Part shown: in pieces, positions 1-10,200 of the stretch | Layout: each line of letters starts with the position of its first letter | Position numbering within the stretch: position 1 is the first letter of the stretch | Source: a virus | IMG/VR virus record: IMGVR_UViG_3300013132_000040 | Location: 12,318-76,317 of that record | DNA: 64,000 bases | Reading direction: 5' to 3' (one strand) | Program-made: the position numbers and the translations under genes | The notes under the pieces: generated by a model | Database searches by the model: none | Told to the model about the DNA's origin: nothing | The model's input: only the letters and a program-made list of their open reading frames with translations

Positions 1-2
1 CA

Positions 3-581
3 GCTTCCGAAGGGTATGAAAGAGATTCGGATTTTAGGGTAAGGGTTTTAAAGGGTATAAGGGTTGCCTCTTCGGGTACAATGGAAGCGGTACGTTTTGC
101 CGCGCTTAATGTAAGTGGCGTTCGTGACGTAAGAGTTAGGCAAGCACCTTATGGGTTGGGTTCTTTTGAGCTTTTAATAGTGCCTGAACAGGCAGATTTG
201 ATTTCTTCTATCATAGTAGAAGTAAAGACTGCTGTAGATAGGGTTAGGCCACTTGGTGTAACAATGTTTATGAGAACGCCAGTTTTGCGACCCTTGCAGC
301 TTCAGGTGTCTGTCTTGAGCAATTCTACCTCATCTCCGGAGTATGGAAATCTGACGGATCGTGTATCAACTGCGGTTGAGCGCTATTTGAACACGCTAAT
401 GCCTGGTGATACTATAGTCTACAATAAGTTAATACAGGCAATGATGGATTCGTCTGGTATAATTAAAGATATTCAAGTTTTACGTTATGCGCCTAATGGC
501 GTAGATTCAATTAAAAGAAATTATACCCCTAAGGATTATGAGCAAATAATTCCGGGTAATATTCAAGTTTCGTTAGCCTAA
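3..581 (+). CDS. Baseplate J-like protein, C-terminal part (5' truncated by window edge)
   Basis: Frame is open from position 3 (ASEGYERDSDFRVRVLKGIRVASSGTMEAVRFAALNVSGVRDV), matching the baseplate-J pattern E-x-D-x2-R-x-R...GT...V-x-GV; lies upstream of a structural module. Confidence 0.8.
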   Translation, partial: ASEGYERDSDFRVRVLKGIRVASSGTMEAVRFAALNVSGVRDVRVRQAPYGLGSFELLIVPEQADLISSIIVEVKTAVDRVRPLGVTMFMRTPVLRPLQLQVSVLSNSTSSPEYGNLTDRVSTAVERYLNTLMPGDTIVYNKLIQAMMDSSGIIKDIQVLRYAPNGVDSIKRNYTPKDYEQIIPGNIQVSLA

Positions 582-595
582 GGAAGGTTAAATAA

Positions 596-1777
596 GTGAG
601 AGTTTGTGCAGGCCCGGATTGTGCGGAAGAGTTCGATCCTATAGTCCATAATCAGAAGTATTGTGGTCCGGTTTGTAAGAGAGCCGCAGAAAATGCGGCC
701 AAAAGGAAAGCGTTTACAGAAGACGTTGCTCAAGCAGTGGTAAAAAGTGTAGCCCCTGCGTATATGGGAATAGAGAATGAAGAAGGGCGAATAGACTTTT
801 TGCAAAAAGAAGTTATTAGACTTTCTCGTTTGGCTGATAAGCGCAAATCTGTAAAAGATGAGATTGTTGATGTCACCTATCAGGCAGCATTTGACGCTTT
901 TGCTGATTTCGAACTGCCACCAGTTAAAAAGCCTGTTTTTGGCAAGTCGGGCGTTGGTGAAGAAGAAGTTGCCGTAGCTGTATGCGCAGATTGGCAGCTG
1001 GGTAAAGTGACTCCAACCTATAATTCTGACATATGCAGAGATAGAATAGATATTTTTGGTGACAAAATTATCCGTATAACCGAAATGCAAAGGGCCGATC
1101 ACCCCGTTAAAAAAATACATCTCTGGCTTTTAGGTGATATTGTAGAAGGTGAAGAAATATTTGCGGGCCAAAGCCACTTGCTAGATTCTAGTCTCTATAA
1201 ACAAGTAGGGGTAAATGGCCCAGAAATAATATCTGAACTAATACTTAAACTACTGACAAGTTTTGAGAACGTACATGTAGTTGGTGTTATAGGTAACCAT
1301 GGCGCAATTGGTGGGCGTAGCAGGAGGGACTATAATGGCGAAACCAACATGGATAGACTACTTTATAAAATTGTAGAGTATATTTTCAAAGATGAACCAA
1401 GAGTCACTTTTGATATACCAGATGGTGATGGCGAAAGAAACTTTTATGCTGTCGATAACATAGGTCTTTATTCTACCTTGCTAATACACGGAGACCAGTT
1501 TCCGCCTCCTTCCACTACGCATGCATATTATAAGAAAGTGATGGGCTGGAAAGATGGTGCAATACCAGAGACTTTTCAGGATGTATACATGGGGCATTAT
1601 CATCAGAATGCAAAAATGACTTTAGGTCAAACTATTCTTAGGGTTTCTGGCTCTCCAGAGAGTTACAATACATATGCGCAGGAAGTTTTGGCGGCAATGG
1701 GAAGGCCATCTCAGCCACTATTATTCGTCCACCCAGTCAACGGTGTCACTGGAGAGTATACTGTTTGGCTAGATTAA
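596..1777 (+). CDS. Calcineurin-like metallophosphoesterase (Mre11/SbcD-like) with N-terminal Cys4 zinc finger
   Basis: Motifs ADWQLG, LGDIVEG, GNHG, HGD, GHYH; N-terminal CAGPDC...CGPVC; GTG start after AGGAAGG. Confidence 0.8.
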   Translation: MRVCAGPDCAEEFDPIVHNQKYCGPVCKRAAENAAKRKAFTEDVAQAVVKSVAPAYMGIENEEGRIDFLQKEVIRLSRLADKRKSVKDEIVDVTYQAAFDAFADFELPPVKKPVFGKSGVGEEEVAVAVCADWQLGKVTPTYNSDICRDRIDIFGDKIIRITEMQRADHPVKKIHLWLLGDIVEGEEIFAGQSHLLDSSLYKQVGVNGPEIISELILKLLTSFENVHVVGVIGNHGAIGGRSRRDYNGETNMDRLLYKIVEYIFKDEPRVTFDIPDGDGERNFYAVDNIGLYSTLLIHGDQFPPPSTTHAYYKKVMGWKDGAIPETFQDVYMGHYHQNAKMTLGQTILRVSGSPESYNTYAQEVLAAMGRPSQPLLFVHPVNGVTGEYTVWLD

Positions 1778-1789
1778 TTTAAGGCCTAA

Positions 1790-4700
1790 ATGAAGACTTA
1801 TTATTTAAGGTTAAAGGATGTAGATTTTTCGTTTACCGGTGGACGCTGGGTTAGTGGCGTTATCGACTTGTACGATAACGAAAGCACAATGTCTATGGCT
1901 ACGCCTTCTTACGTGAACTACAGTACCGTCACTAGTTCGTATGGAACCAACCTTTTGGGCGATGATACATGGACTGGTTTCAATATAGTAGACGACTCTG
2001 CAAGCCCTAATATAGTAACTGAATCTGGATACATTAAAGATGGCCGGTTTGTTGATACAAGCGGGAAAATTAATGTTACTACTTGGGAAGTTGTTTATAA
2101 CAATTTTTCCTTTAGTGAAGTAAGTGCTTCAATTTCTTTTTATTATACGGATCTTTCGACCTTAAACTTTCCCGAAGAGTGGCCAAAAGTCGGCCCGTTA
2201 AAAAATAATAAAGGCATATATATACCCAACTGCCCAAGGTATGCTCGTTTTATAGTTGATTTTGAGTCAGAAAAAGATTTAACTGGTATTAGTTTTGATC
2301 TTTATGTTAAGGTAAGAATTGAAAAACCGGTAATATCCCCGCTGTATGGTAGGACAAGAGGGATTCTTAGGAAGTTTCCCGAATGGATGGAGTTAAGGAA
2401 GGATAGCGAAGATTCTTCTACACCAAGCCTAGCCACTCCAACCACTGTTGCGGGTTCTTTTATTAATGCGATAGCGGGGGAATGGCTTGAAGACCTCGTA
2501 GAGACTGTTGGTTATGTACAGCTTCAGTCATTTATAGAAACTGCCGATACTGGACAGGTTGCTTGGGTATACGTCGCTGATGGCGTACCAACGCTATTCG
2601 CAAGGGCTATCGGGGATGGCACGATATTGTCGCGTGCCGCTGATGTCGTTGAATTTACTAAAGCGGCAGATGATAGCGATATATTTTACTGGGATGAAGA
2701 TAAGAGAATTATCTACACCAGAAAACTTTATCAATATTTCCAAATTGACGATACCAAATACGAGCAAAACGCAAGTCAAGTTTGGAACTGGTTTGACGAA
2801 CACGGCTTATCTCTTGACCTTGAGCGCCACACGTCGGAAAGCAATGATTCATATAAAAAGAGAATTATTGATGTCTACAGGAATAAGCCGGGCGTTGGGA
2901 TTGAGGCATTTAAACTAGCTTTGAGGCGTGAGCTCAATTTATGGCTCTATGAAGGTGCAACACCTGATTCAAATTACCTCGGTGCCACTCCTGAGGTCCT
3001 AGAAGTTAAAGACCTTTTTAATGACGAATCTTTTGTCTTTCCAAACGGAATGCCAAAAGATAAGTTTATTAAACTTGTTGATGATCTAGCAGTTAAGTAC
3101 CCAACAACTTGGGGTTACTTTAGGTGGGACCAAGCCTACTGGGATATAGATGGCGATGATTCCTTGGGATATGGGCTTTTGCCCTATCAATATGATCCGG
3201 GTCATTTATCTAACGAGAGTACTCAGTCTGGTGTTGGCGATGACCTGGACCTCTACTTGTACAAGCCCAAAGTTAATACTGGTGTAAAAGAGTTTGATTT
3301 GTCAGTGGTTGCCAAGGGTTACACATTGACCTATGTTAATGATTATGCTCCAATTAACTTTTTGATCGATGTTTATGGACGTGCAGAAAAAAGCGTATAT
3401 TCTACAGATAAAACAGAATTTCCTATGAATTTTGTTGCAACCATGTCTGACGGGAAACAATATAGGGCAAATTTAGATGTAAATATTGATAAAGCAATAT
3501 CGAACGAAGATCCTGGTTTTCTTGGGGCTTCTGCAACGGTTCCATTGGTTGAAATCGATAAGCTTTTCCCCCAAATAAATTGGTACGATGATGAACTCCA
3601 GAGATATTCCAATTCTTATGCGTCTAGCATGCAAACGAAGTTGGCCGATATAACAGGCACTTACGTATTTCAAATGCCTAGGAACTCTATTTTCAATTCA
3701 AGCAATCCCAAACTTCAGATCGGACAATCAATATCTCTTTATTCGGGTTCTTCCTATATATTTGGGACAATAAAAAATATATCACAGTCTTCCAGTTTTT
3801 ATCCCGACGAAATAGACCTTTTTGATTACCTTACGGTTGAGGATATAACGTACAGTGGAGATATAACTTCCTCAAACTGGACTATACCCTGGTATATTTA
3901 TCTCCTTAACACAGATGCCACTCCAACTTTTATGTTGTCCAATATGAAAGTTGGTTTTGGCAAGTATGAATTAATACCTAATACAATAGTGCAAAGTCAC
4001 AACTCGGTAAAAATGTTCTTTGAAAACCCAAATTCATATTACGTTGTATTTGGCCTTTCTGCTGGATCGTTAAATACTGCAACTCCATCTGTGACTAAGG
4101 ACATGGACATAGTCTTGCATCGTCTGAGTGCACAAATAATGGGTACTGTATATCATGTAGATTCTGATCCGGACGATTCAACTTATTCCGGCATAAGTAG
4201 TTCACAATCAATTAATTTAACAACTCTCACGGTTGGCGCAAGTTTGACTTTCGCTATTTCTAGTCATGTTAAGTTTGCGGTTGGCAACAAAATTAAGGTT
4301 ACTCACTCATCCAACTCTAGCAATTATTTTACTGCTACTATAACCCAGAAACTATCTGGTCCAAGTAGGTTAACCGTAACCGTGTTAAGCAAATCTGGTT
4401 CGGGTACCAGTATTGATTCTTGGTCAATTACTCCAATTTGGGATGAGGTAATAAGCGAGGCTAAAAGTATTGCCGCATTGTCGTCTTATGATGAGTATAT
4501 TATTGTTCATTTGTCTTCTGTTTCGGGAGATTGGATGGAAACTGATGGTTGGGAAATTTGGAGTAATGGGTATTTTGGTTTTGACAATTATCCTAGTGAA
4601 AATCTGACAGCATACTTAAGTGACGATTTATATAAAGCTACACCATCTCATTATCTAGAGGCACAAAGTGCTACTCCGGGTACGTATTTAAATAGTGATC

Positions 4701-7225
4701 TTAAATCTTTCCCTTCTGTAGTGGTTGGTTTGGAAGATTATTCAATTATAGAAAATTACCCCTGGGAATCTGAAGCTCAGTCCTATTACGTAACAGTTAA
4801 TTCTGGATCAAGTCCATCTAGTCAAGCTAGTTGGGAAACAATCGTGCCAGAGGTTTTGTGGGATCCCTATGTTTCTGCCACTCCAACAAAAGAAATTTTT
4901 GTGGAATTACTGACAGCCAACGAAGATGGAGATTTTGGCGCATATAGTCGAGATGTTCTTGGGAATAATATTTTTATTCCAAAGGAAAATATATACGTTA
5001 ATGGCAGTAATTCTTGGATTAACAAAAATACATATGATGCTACACCAAACCTAACTGAGCAACGCTACGTTATTGTATTAGACCCCTCTACGGAGACTAT
5101 AGAGGTTACCGTAAGTGACGATGGTTTAGTAAATTATCCTGCGCAAAGGCTTGAGTATGTTGGTTTCGAAAAAACAATTTCTTCTATTGAATCTGGTTTT
5201 GTAGATGAAAACGGTCCCTGGAGGAACGGCGTTAAACCACGTCCTGGTCAAAATAATTATGGCTTTACAGTTTTGGAATTAGATAGAGATGATTTCGCCA
5301 TCCCAAATAATTCTGATAGCATTGTCACTTGGATAGGTGTTAAGTCAAGTAATGATAGGGTTATAGTCTGGCTTGACCAAAACACCGTTAAACCAGCAGT
5401 TGAAGATGATTTAGTTTATACTCAAGAATATCAACCTAATAGTATTATTGAGACAAAAGACTTGTCCAATTTGTATTCTTATGGTCCGATCATCGTTAGG
5501 GCTAAATTGAAGCAGGATGTTAATAGTGGATGGAACCCTCAAATTCATAGCGGGTGGTTCTATAACAGGAATGATGAATATTACCTATATGTAGACCCAG
5601 TGACGGAAATTGCTTCGCCGGGTTCCGAGGGCGCCACTCTTAATAATTTTTATGCACAAAGGGTAGTCCGACAGGGTGCGCCCACCATAGTCAAAGCATT
5701 ATCTGCAACACCATTAGAAATGAGGCGTGTATCATTTTTTGATGATAGTATAAATTTGTCCTTGAAGAATACTCAATATGTTTCCGGTACCGGAACAAGC
5801 AATCTTTATCTCGCCTATGACGACGTTTATGACGCTACTGTTTCAGACTTTACTTCTGGTGCAACGATTTTGACGAACGGTAAGACAAGTACAAGCGAAC
5901 TAAACATTGGGTTAACCACTGCTGTTGATCATGTCTATAAAGTCGAATATAAATTGAAAAATTCTTACTATGTAGATAACGAGTATGTGGATCACAGTGG
6001 TGAGCAAAGGTCTAAATTTGTCTTTGATGGAACACCATCTTCCGCTACACCATTTAGTTTGACGTATGAAAATTCTATTTTTGACCCAGCTACACCAGTT
6101 GATATTGCCCTAAATCCGTTCGATACAACCATCGAAGAAGGTTTTGTATTCTTGAGTCTTAATGAATACGATGCAGCAACGCCACAGATAAGGGTTAGTC
6201 CTGGAATCCTAATCGCCAATGGTGAAGATTACGCAATAGTTTCTATTTATTCTGTGGATACTTACGGAAATCCAAAACCTAATCAAACTTATACTATTGA
6301 AACCGGTTTTGGAATATTTGAAGAGACCAATAGCAGCACTGCGACTATATTGACTAATCAGGATGGTTTTGCGTTTTTGACGCTTGTTTCGGAATCGGGT
6401 TCCTTAGTTGAATCGGCAACCGTAAATGTGTACGCCTCACCAACTGTAGGCGGTAATGCTATAGCCCAAATGCCATTTGGCATTAATGCCCGAAAAGTTG
6501 AGGAACATAAACTTTATTCAACTGTTGATCCAGATGCAATACCCGCAGATGGTGTTAGTGCAACTTCTGTGTACGGAAAAGTATTGGACCCCTCTGGAAA
6601 TATCGTTCCTTATGCGTACGTTTCATACAGGAAGGGTAGATCATTAAGTGAAATATTCTCCAATACAGACGCCACACCAGATGTGGGTCCAGGTGCGACA
6701 CCTGCAGCAACGCCAGTATGGCCAAATGTTGGTAGGGTAATTTCTGATGCTAGCGGCATATTCCGCATAGGACCATTTACGGCGTCTACGCCAGGAGAAG
6801 ACGGTTATTGGTTTGTTATGACTGAGTCTTTTTCTTCTAGTCCATCTTCCCAATGGGGCACAGTTGGTGATGTTGTTTTTTGGCAAGAGTACCCACCAAG
6901 GTTTAACGCTGTTAACGGCGATAATCAGTCTATACCTGTGCCTTCTAATTTGGATGTTTCGCAAACTCTTTGGGTGGATGACGTTGGTGCCTTAAGGTTT
7001 GAACCCCTTATTCCTCCAGCCGCAACTGTAAATGCTTTTCCTGTAACTTTTGATGAAGAAACACCTACTGCTGATGCAACTCCTGTTACTAATATATGGA
7101 GTCCGCCATTGTGGTATGCGGTTAATCGTTATGATCAGTATCAGCGTGGAATATTAGGTGACGATTTTTATGTATTTAAAATTGAAAACTTGCCTAAAAC
7201 CCATCCAGACTATAGGGATGTATAA
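1790..7225 (+). CDS. Giant virion structural protein (baseplate wedge-like segment, Ig-like Big_1 domains, 18 Ala-Thr-Pro motifs)
   Basis: LERHTSESNDSYKKRII...GIEAFKLAL resembles baseplate wedge gpI-type proteins; invasin-like IANGEDYAIVSIYSVDTYGNP and IPADGVSATSVYGKVLDPSGN; context next to baseplate J. Confidence 0.65.
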   Translation: MKTYYLRLKDVDFSFTGGRWVSGVIDLYDNESTMSMATPSYVNYSTVTSSYGTNLLGDDTWTGFNIVDDSASPNIVTESGYIKDGRFVDTSGKINVTTWEVVYNNFSFSEVSASISFYYTDLSTLNFPEEWPKVGPLKNNKGIYIPNCPRYARFIVDFESEKDLTGISFDLYVKVRIEKPVISPLYGRTRGILRKFPEWMELRKDSEDSSTPSLATPTTVAGSFINAIAGEWLEDLVETVGYVQLQSFIETADTGQVAWVYVADGVPTLFARAIGDGTILSRAADVVEFTKAADDSDIFYWDEDKRIIYTRKLYQYFQIDDTKYEQNASQVWNWFDEHGLSLDLERHTSESNDSYKKRIIDVYRNKPGVGIEAFKLALRRELNLWLYEGATPDSNYLGATPEVLEVKDLFNDESFVFPNGMPKDKFIKLVDDLAVKYPTTWGYFRWDQAYWDIDGDDSLGYGLLPYQYDPGHLSNESTQSGVGDDLDLYLYKPKVNTGVKEFDLSVVAKGYTLTYVNDYAPINFLIDVYGRAEKSVYSTDKTEFPMNFVATMSDGKQYRANLDVNIDKAISNEDPGFLGASATVPLVEIDKLFPQINWYDDELQRYSNSYASSMQTKLADITGTYVFQMPRNSIFNSSNPKLQIGQSISLYSGSSYIFGTIKNISQSSSFYPDEIDLFDYLTVEDITYSGDITSSNWTIPWYIYLLNTDATPTFMLSNMKVGFGKYELIPNTIVQSHNSVKMFFENPNSYYVVFGLSAGSLNTATPSVTKDMDIVLHRLSAQIMGTVYHVDSDPDDSTYSGISSSQSINLTTLTVGASLTFAISSHVKFAVGNKIKVTHSSNSSNYFTATITQKLSGPSRLTVTVLSKSGSGTSIDSWSITPIWDEVISEAKSIAALSSYDEYIIVHLSSVSGDWMETDGWEIWSNGYFGFDNYPSENLTAYLSDDLYKATPSHYLEAQSATPGTYLNSDLKSFPSVVVGLEDYSIIENYPWESEAQSYYVTVNSGSSPSSQASWETIVPEVLWDPYVSATPTKEIFVELLTANEDGDFGAYSRDVLGNNIFIPKENIYVNGSNSWINKNTYDATPNLTEQRYVIVLDPSTETIEVTVSDDGLVNYPAQRLEYVGFEKTISSIESGFVDENGPWRNGVKPRPGQNNYGFTVLELDRDDFAIPNNSDSIVTWIGVKSSNDRVIVWLDQNTVKPAVEDDLVYTQEYQPNSIIETKDLSNLYSYGPIIVRAKLKQDVNSGWNPQIHSGWFYNRNDEYYLYVDPVTEIASPGSEGATLNNFYAQRVVRQGAPTIVKALSATPLEMRRVSFFDDSINLSLKNTQYVSGTGTSNLYLAYDDVYDATVSDFTSGATILTNGKTSTSELNIGLTTAVDHVYKVEYKLKNSYYVDNEYVDHSGEQRSKFVFDGTPSSATPFSLTYENSIFDPATPVDIALNPFDTTIEEGFVFLSLNEYDAATPQIRVSPGILIANGEDYAIVSIYSVDTYGNPKPNQTYTIETGFGIFEETNSSTATILTNQDGFAFLTLVSESGSLVESATVNVYASPTVGGNAIAQMPFGINARKVEEHKLYSTVDPDAIPADGVSATSVYGKVLDPSGNIVPYAYVSYRKGRSLSEIFSNTDATPDVGPGATPAATPVWPNVGRVISDASGIFRIGPFTASTPGEDGYWFVMTESFSSSPSSQWGTVGDVVFWQEYPPRFNAVNGDNQSIPVPSNLDVSQTLWVDDVGALRFEPLIPPAATVNAFPVTFDEETPTADATPVTNIWSPPLWYAVNRYDQYQRGILGDDFYVFKIENLPKTHPDYRDV

Positions 7226-10200
7226 TGGAAAAGTTTGAAAATGTTACATCTACTGGTAACGAAAAGGCGATCAGGAGGGGTAACAGTGTTCCCGAAGGCG
7301 ATATTAACATCGCTTGGGTAAAATCGCCAACATTTTCTCCCCAAAATAGTATGGTGGTTTTGGACACGTCTAATTTAGTCCTGGAAAATTCTGGAGATCA
7401 AAGTTCTGTATCAAAATTTGCGTATGCAAATCATTTAGGAATTTTACAAGATGAATTTGGAAATGAATTATTTTTTGACGAATACCCAGCAGTAACCGAT
7501 GAGTTTAGTGTAGAAGAAAATTATGATATTTCAGAAGATAATGAGTTTTCTGAAGGTTACATTTTTGCCTATAAACATGTAAGTCGCTATTTCCATGTCG
7601 ACCAAGAAGATTTAGTCCAAGGTTCTGAGCCATTAACTTTACAAAAAGAAAAAATTATAGTAGAAGATGAAGACGGCAATGAATATGTAGATTTAAATAA
7701 TAAAAAAAGGTATAAAGTAAAGTTACTTAAATCAGATGAATACCTCGAAACGCAAGATAGGACAATTGGCGTTTATAGGATTTGGGTTTTTATTGATACT
7801 GACATAAACGAAAGTTTATATTTAAGATACAATAAGGCTGAACTTAGTAGTGATGGTAAATACATAAAGAACCAAAAAACTGATTATAGAGAAATTTTAA
7901 ATCCACAGCCATATTTTTCATATGTCCCTGAAGAAACCGATGTAACTGATCTTGGTAGTTTAAATAAAAAAATTTATTCAACAAAGTCTACGTCTCAAAA
8001 AGAACAAATTATTGGTATTCCAAGATCTAGTTCTGAAGGATATAAGGTTTATGTACCAAGGAAAGCGATACAGGACCCAAGGCTTTTCCAAACATTCAGA
8101 TGGAGAATTAAAGCTGATTTCCAGGAAAGATACACTATAGATCCAGAGAATCAGCCGAAAGTTATTAGAGCTGGAGTTTTAATTTCTAATAATTCAATTT
8201 ATCCCAGAAGATTGTCGGATCTAGAAAACCAGGGCCCTGGTATTCAATACAATTATTTGCAACCCCCAACAAATTTTCCTTATGTTTTTTATAATCTAGA
8301 AAAATCCGATTATAATCCATCGGGCGCAAAAATTGTAAATCCCCTTTCAGAAGATAGGGGTTATACAATAGTGGAAGATATTGACCCCGCAGTACAAAGT
8401 CCTACAGATGGCAATGCCCTGTACAATAGTCCCTCGTTTACGTGGAAAGGGAATATTACGGCACCACTTAAGAGGGTGTCTGGTGAAGGGGCAAAAGAGT
8501 ATGCTAGCTATTGGATTGTTAATTTTGATACTGTTACAGATGAAGAATTAAGAAAATTTGATATATTATTTTTAGATCCTACACAATTCCCAGCAGATTT
8601 ATCAAAGTATACTGGAAAGATTTACAGGTTTACGAGAGAATTTGGTGGTTTACTTTATATTCCCCTTGGCGGTTATGGGAGGAAGGTGGGCTTAGGGCCT
8701 ACGACAACTCTGCCCATTCATCCGTACACTGGCGTATTTGCTAGTTCAACCTTTGCTTCTGGGGTCTCGAACGCCGATAAATCTTTTGGGCTTGGGGATA
8801 CTATTGCGCCTAGAATAACTTCGGATGAATTGTTTAATGGCTTAAACCAATATGGTGGTTGGGATTTTGATTCTGACTCGTATGCCTCTGTTTCTCCTTT
8901 TAAATTTCATCCCAGTGTATTGTACACTAAAGAAAGAAGTTATGTTCAGTTTATAAATTCCGCAGAAGACGCAGCAACGAATGATGGACTTGAATATTGG
9001 AAGACTCTATTTGAAGTAAACGAACGTGCCGCAAGTTCTGTTCCTGGTCAAATCACTACGCCAGTAGTAAAAAAGTATCCCGTAACGCTCATTAAAAGGT
9101 TTGCTTCTGGCGGCTCAATTATTTACGATACCCAAAACATTATTGCCGAGTGCGCAAAACTTGAGGATTCTGTAAATATAGCGCCAAGAAGACTTCAGAT
9201 TCCAAGCTATTTTCAGCAAATAAATTCAGGTAGATTTGAAGGTTCATACAAATTTGCATGGAACTCAATTCTCGCCACTATTAAAAGTAGGCCACTTGAT
9301 TCTTCTGATCAGAGTAGTTATGTTTCTTCCTGGAGTTTTGAAACAGAATGGAAACCATCTTGGGTTATTAATGGTGGTGTTTTAAAGACTGCAGAAAAAA
9401 CAAAGTACTCTTTTAATTATGAACCAGAAGATTTAAATTCTCCAAATACTTTTGCGTGGAGAAGAAAATTAGCATACGGCTTAAATTCGGCCAGTTATCC
9501 CATTTTTAAAACAATTAAAGAAATAGTAGATGAGCAAATCGTCAAAGAAATGGGGCAACAGTTTCTCCTGAATATATCGGGGTCTTCTAGAAAGTATTCT
9601 ATCGAAGTAACAAATGCCAATGTCAAGGTTCCAGTTACATTAGTTGACGATATGTATCCGTATGCCTGGACCAATGAGTATTCTCCAACATTATTGATAC
9701 CAGAAGGTTTTGGTCCGCATATTGTTAGGGAAGACCCAATAATGGCGCAATATTCTTCTGGTCAATATATCGATAAAAGTTATCCTCCCAATAAGTTTGC
9801 GGTAAAAGTTAAAGCAAGTTACCGGGAAACAGCTCAGTCTACCAAAAGAGAAACTACTACGATTTTGGCAAGGTATAGGGGTAAGGAAATACTTCCAAAT
9901 GGTTTTATTTACAGTCACGTCTTTTTGCCCAGAACTTGGACAGAACATGGTTCAAATCAACTTCTTTTTAATAGGTTTAATAAAGCTTGGGGTGCACCAA
10001 GGCCAAATTCGATACTTTCTAGGAATGAATTATTTTTAAGTCAAACTACAGCTTACCCTTTTGCTGGTATAGCCGGATCGTATTCGCAGGGAAGTAGTGG
10101 GGAAGTTGTTCGTTTTATTCAATATAGTTTGAATAAACTTCACGAAATTATAGGACTCCACTTAAATCGCGGAGTTAATGGCCCTATTCCCGATGGAATG

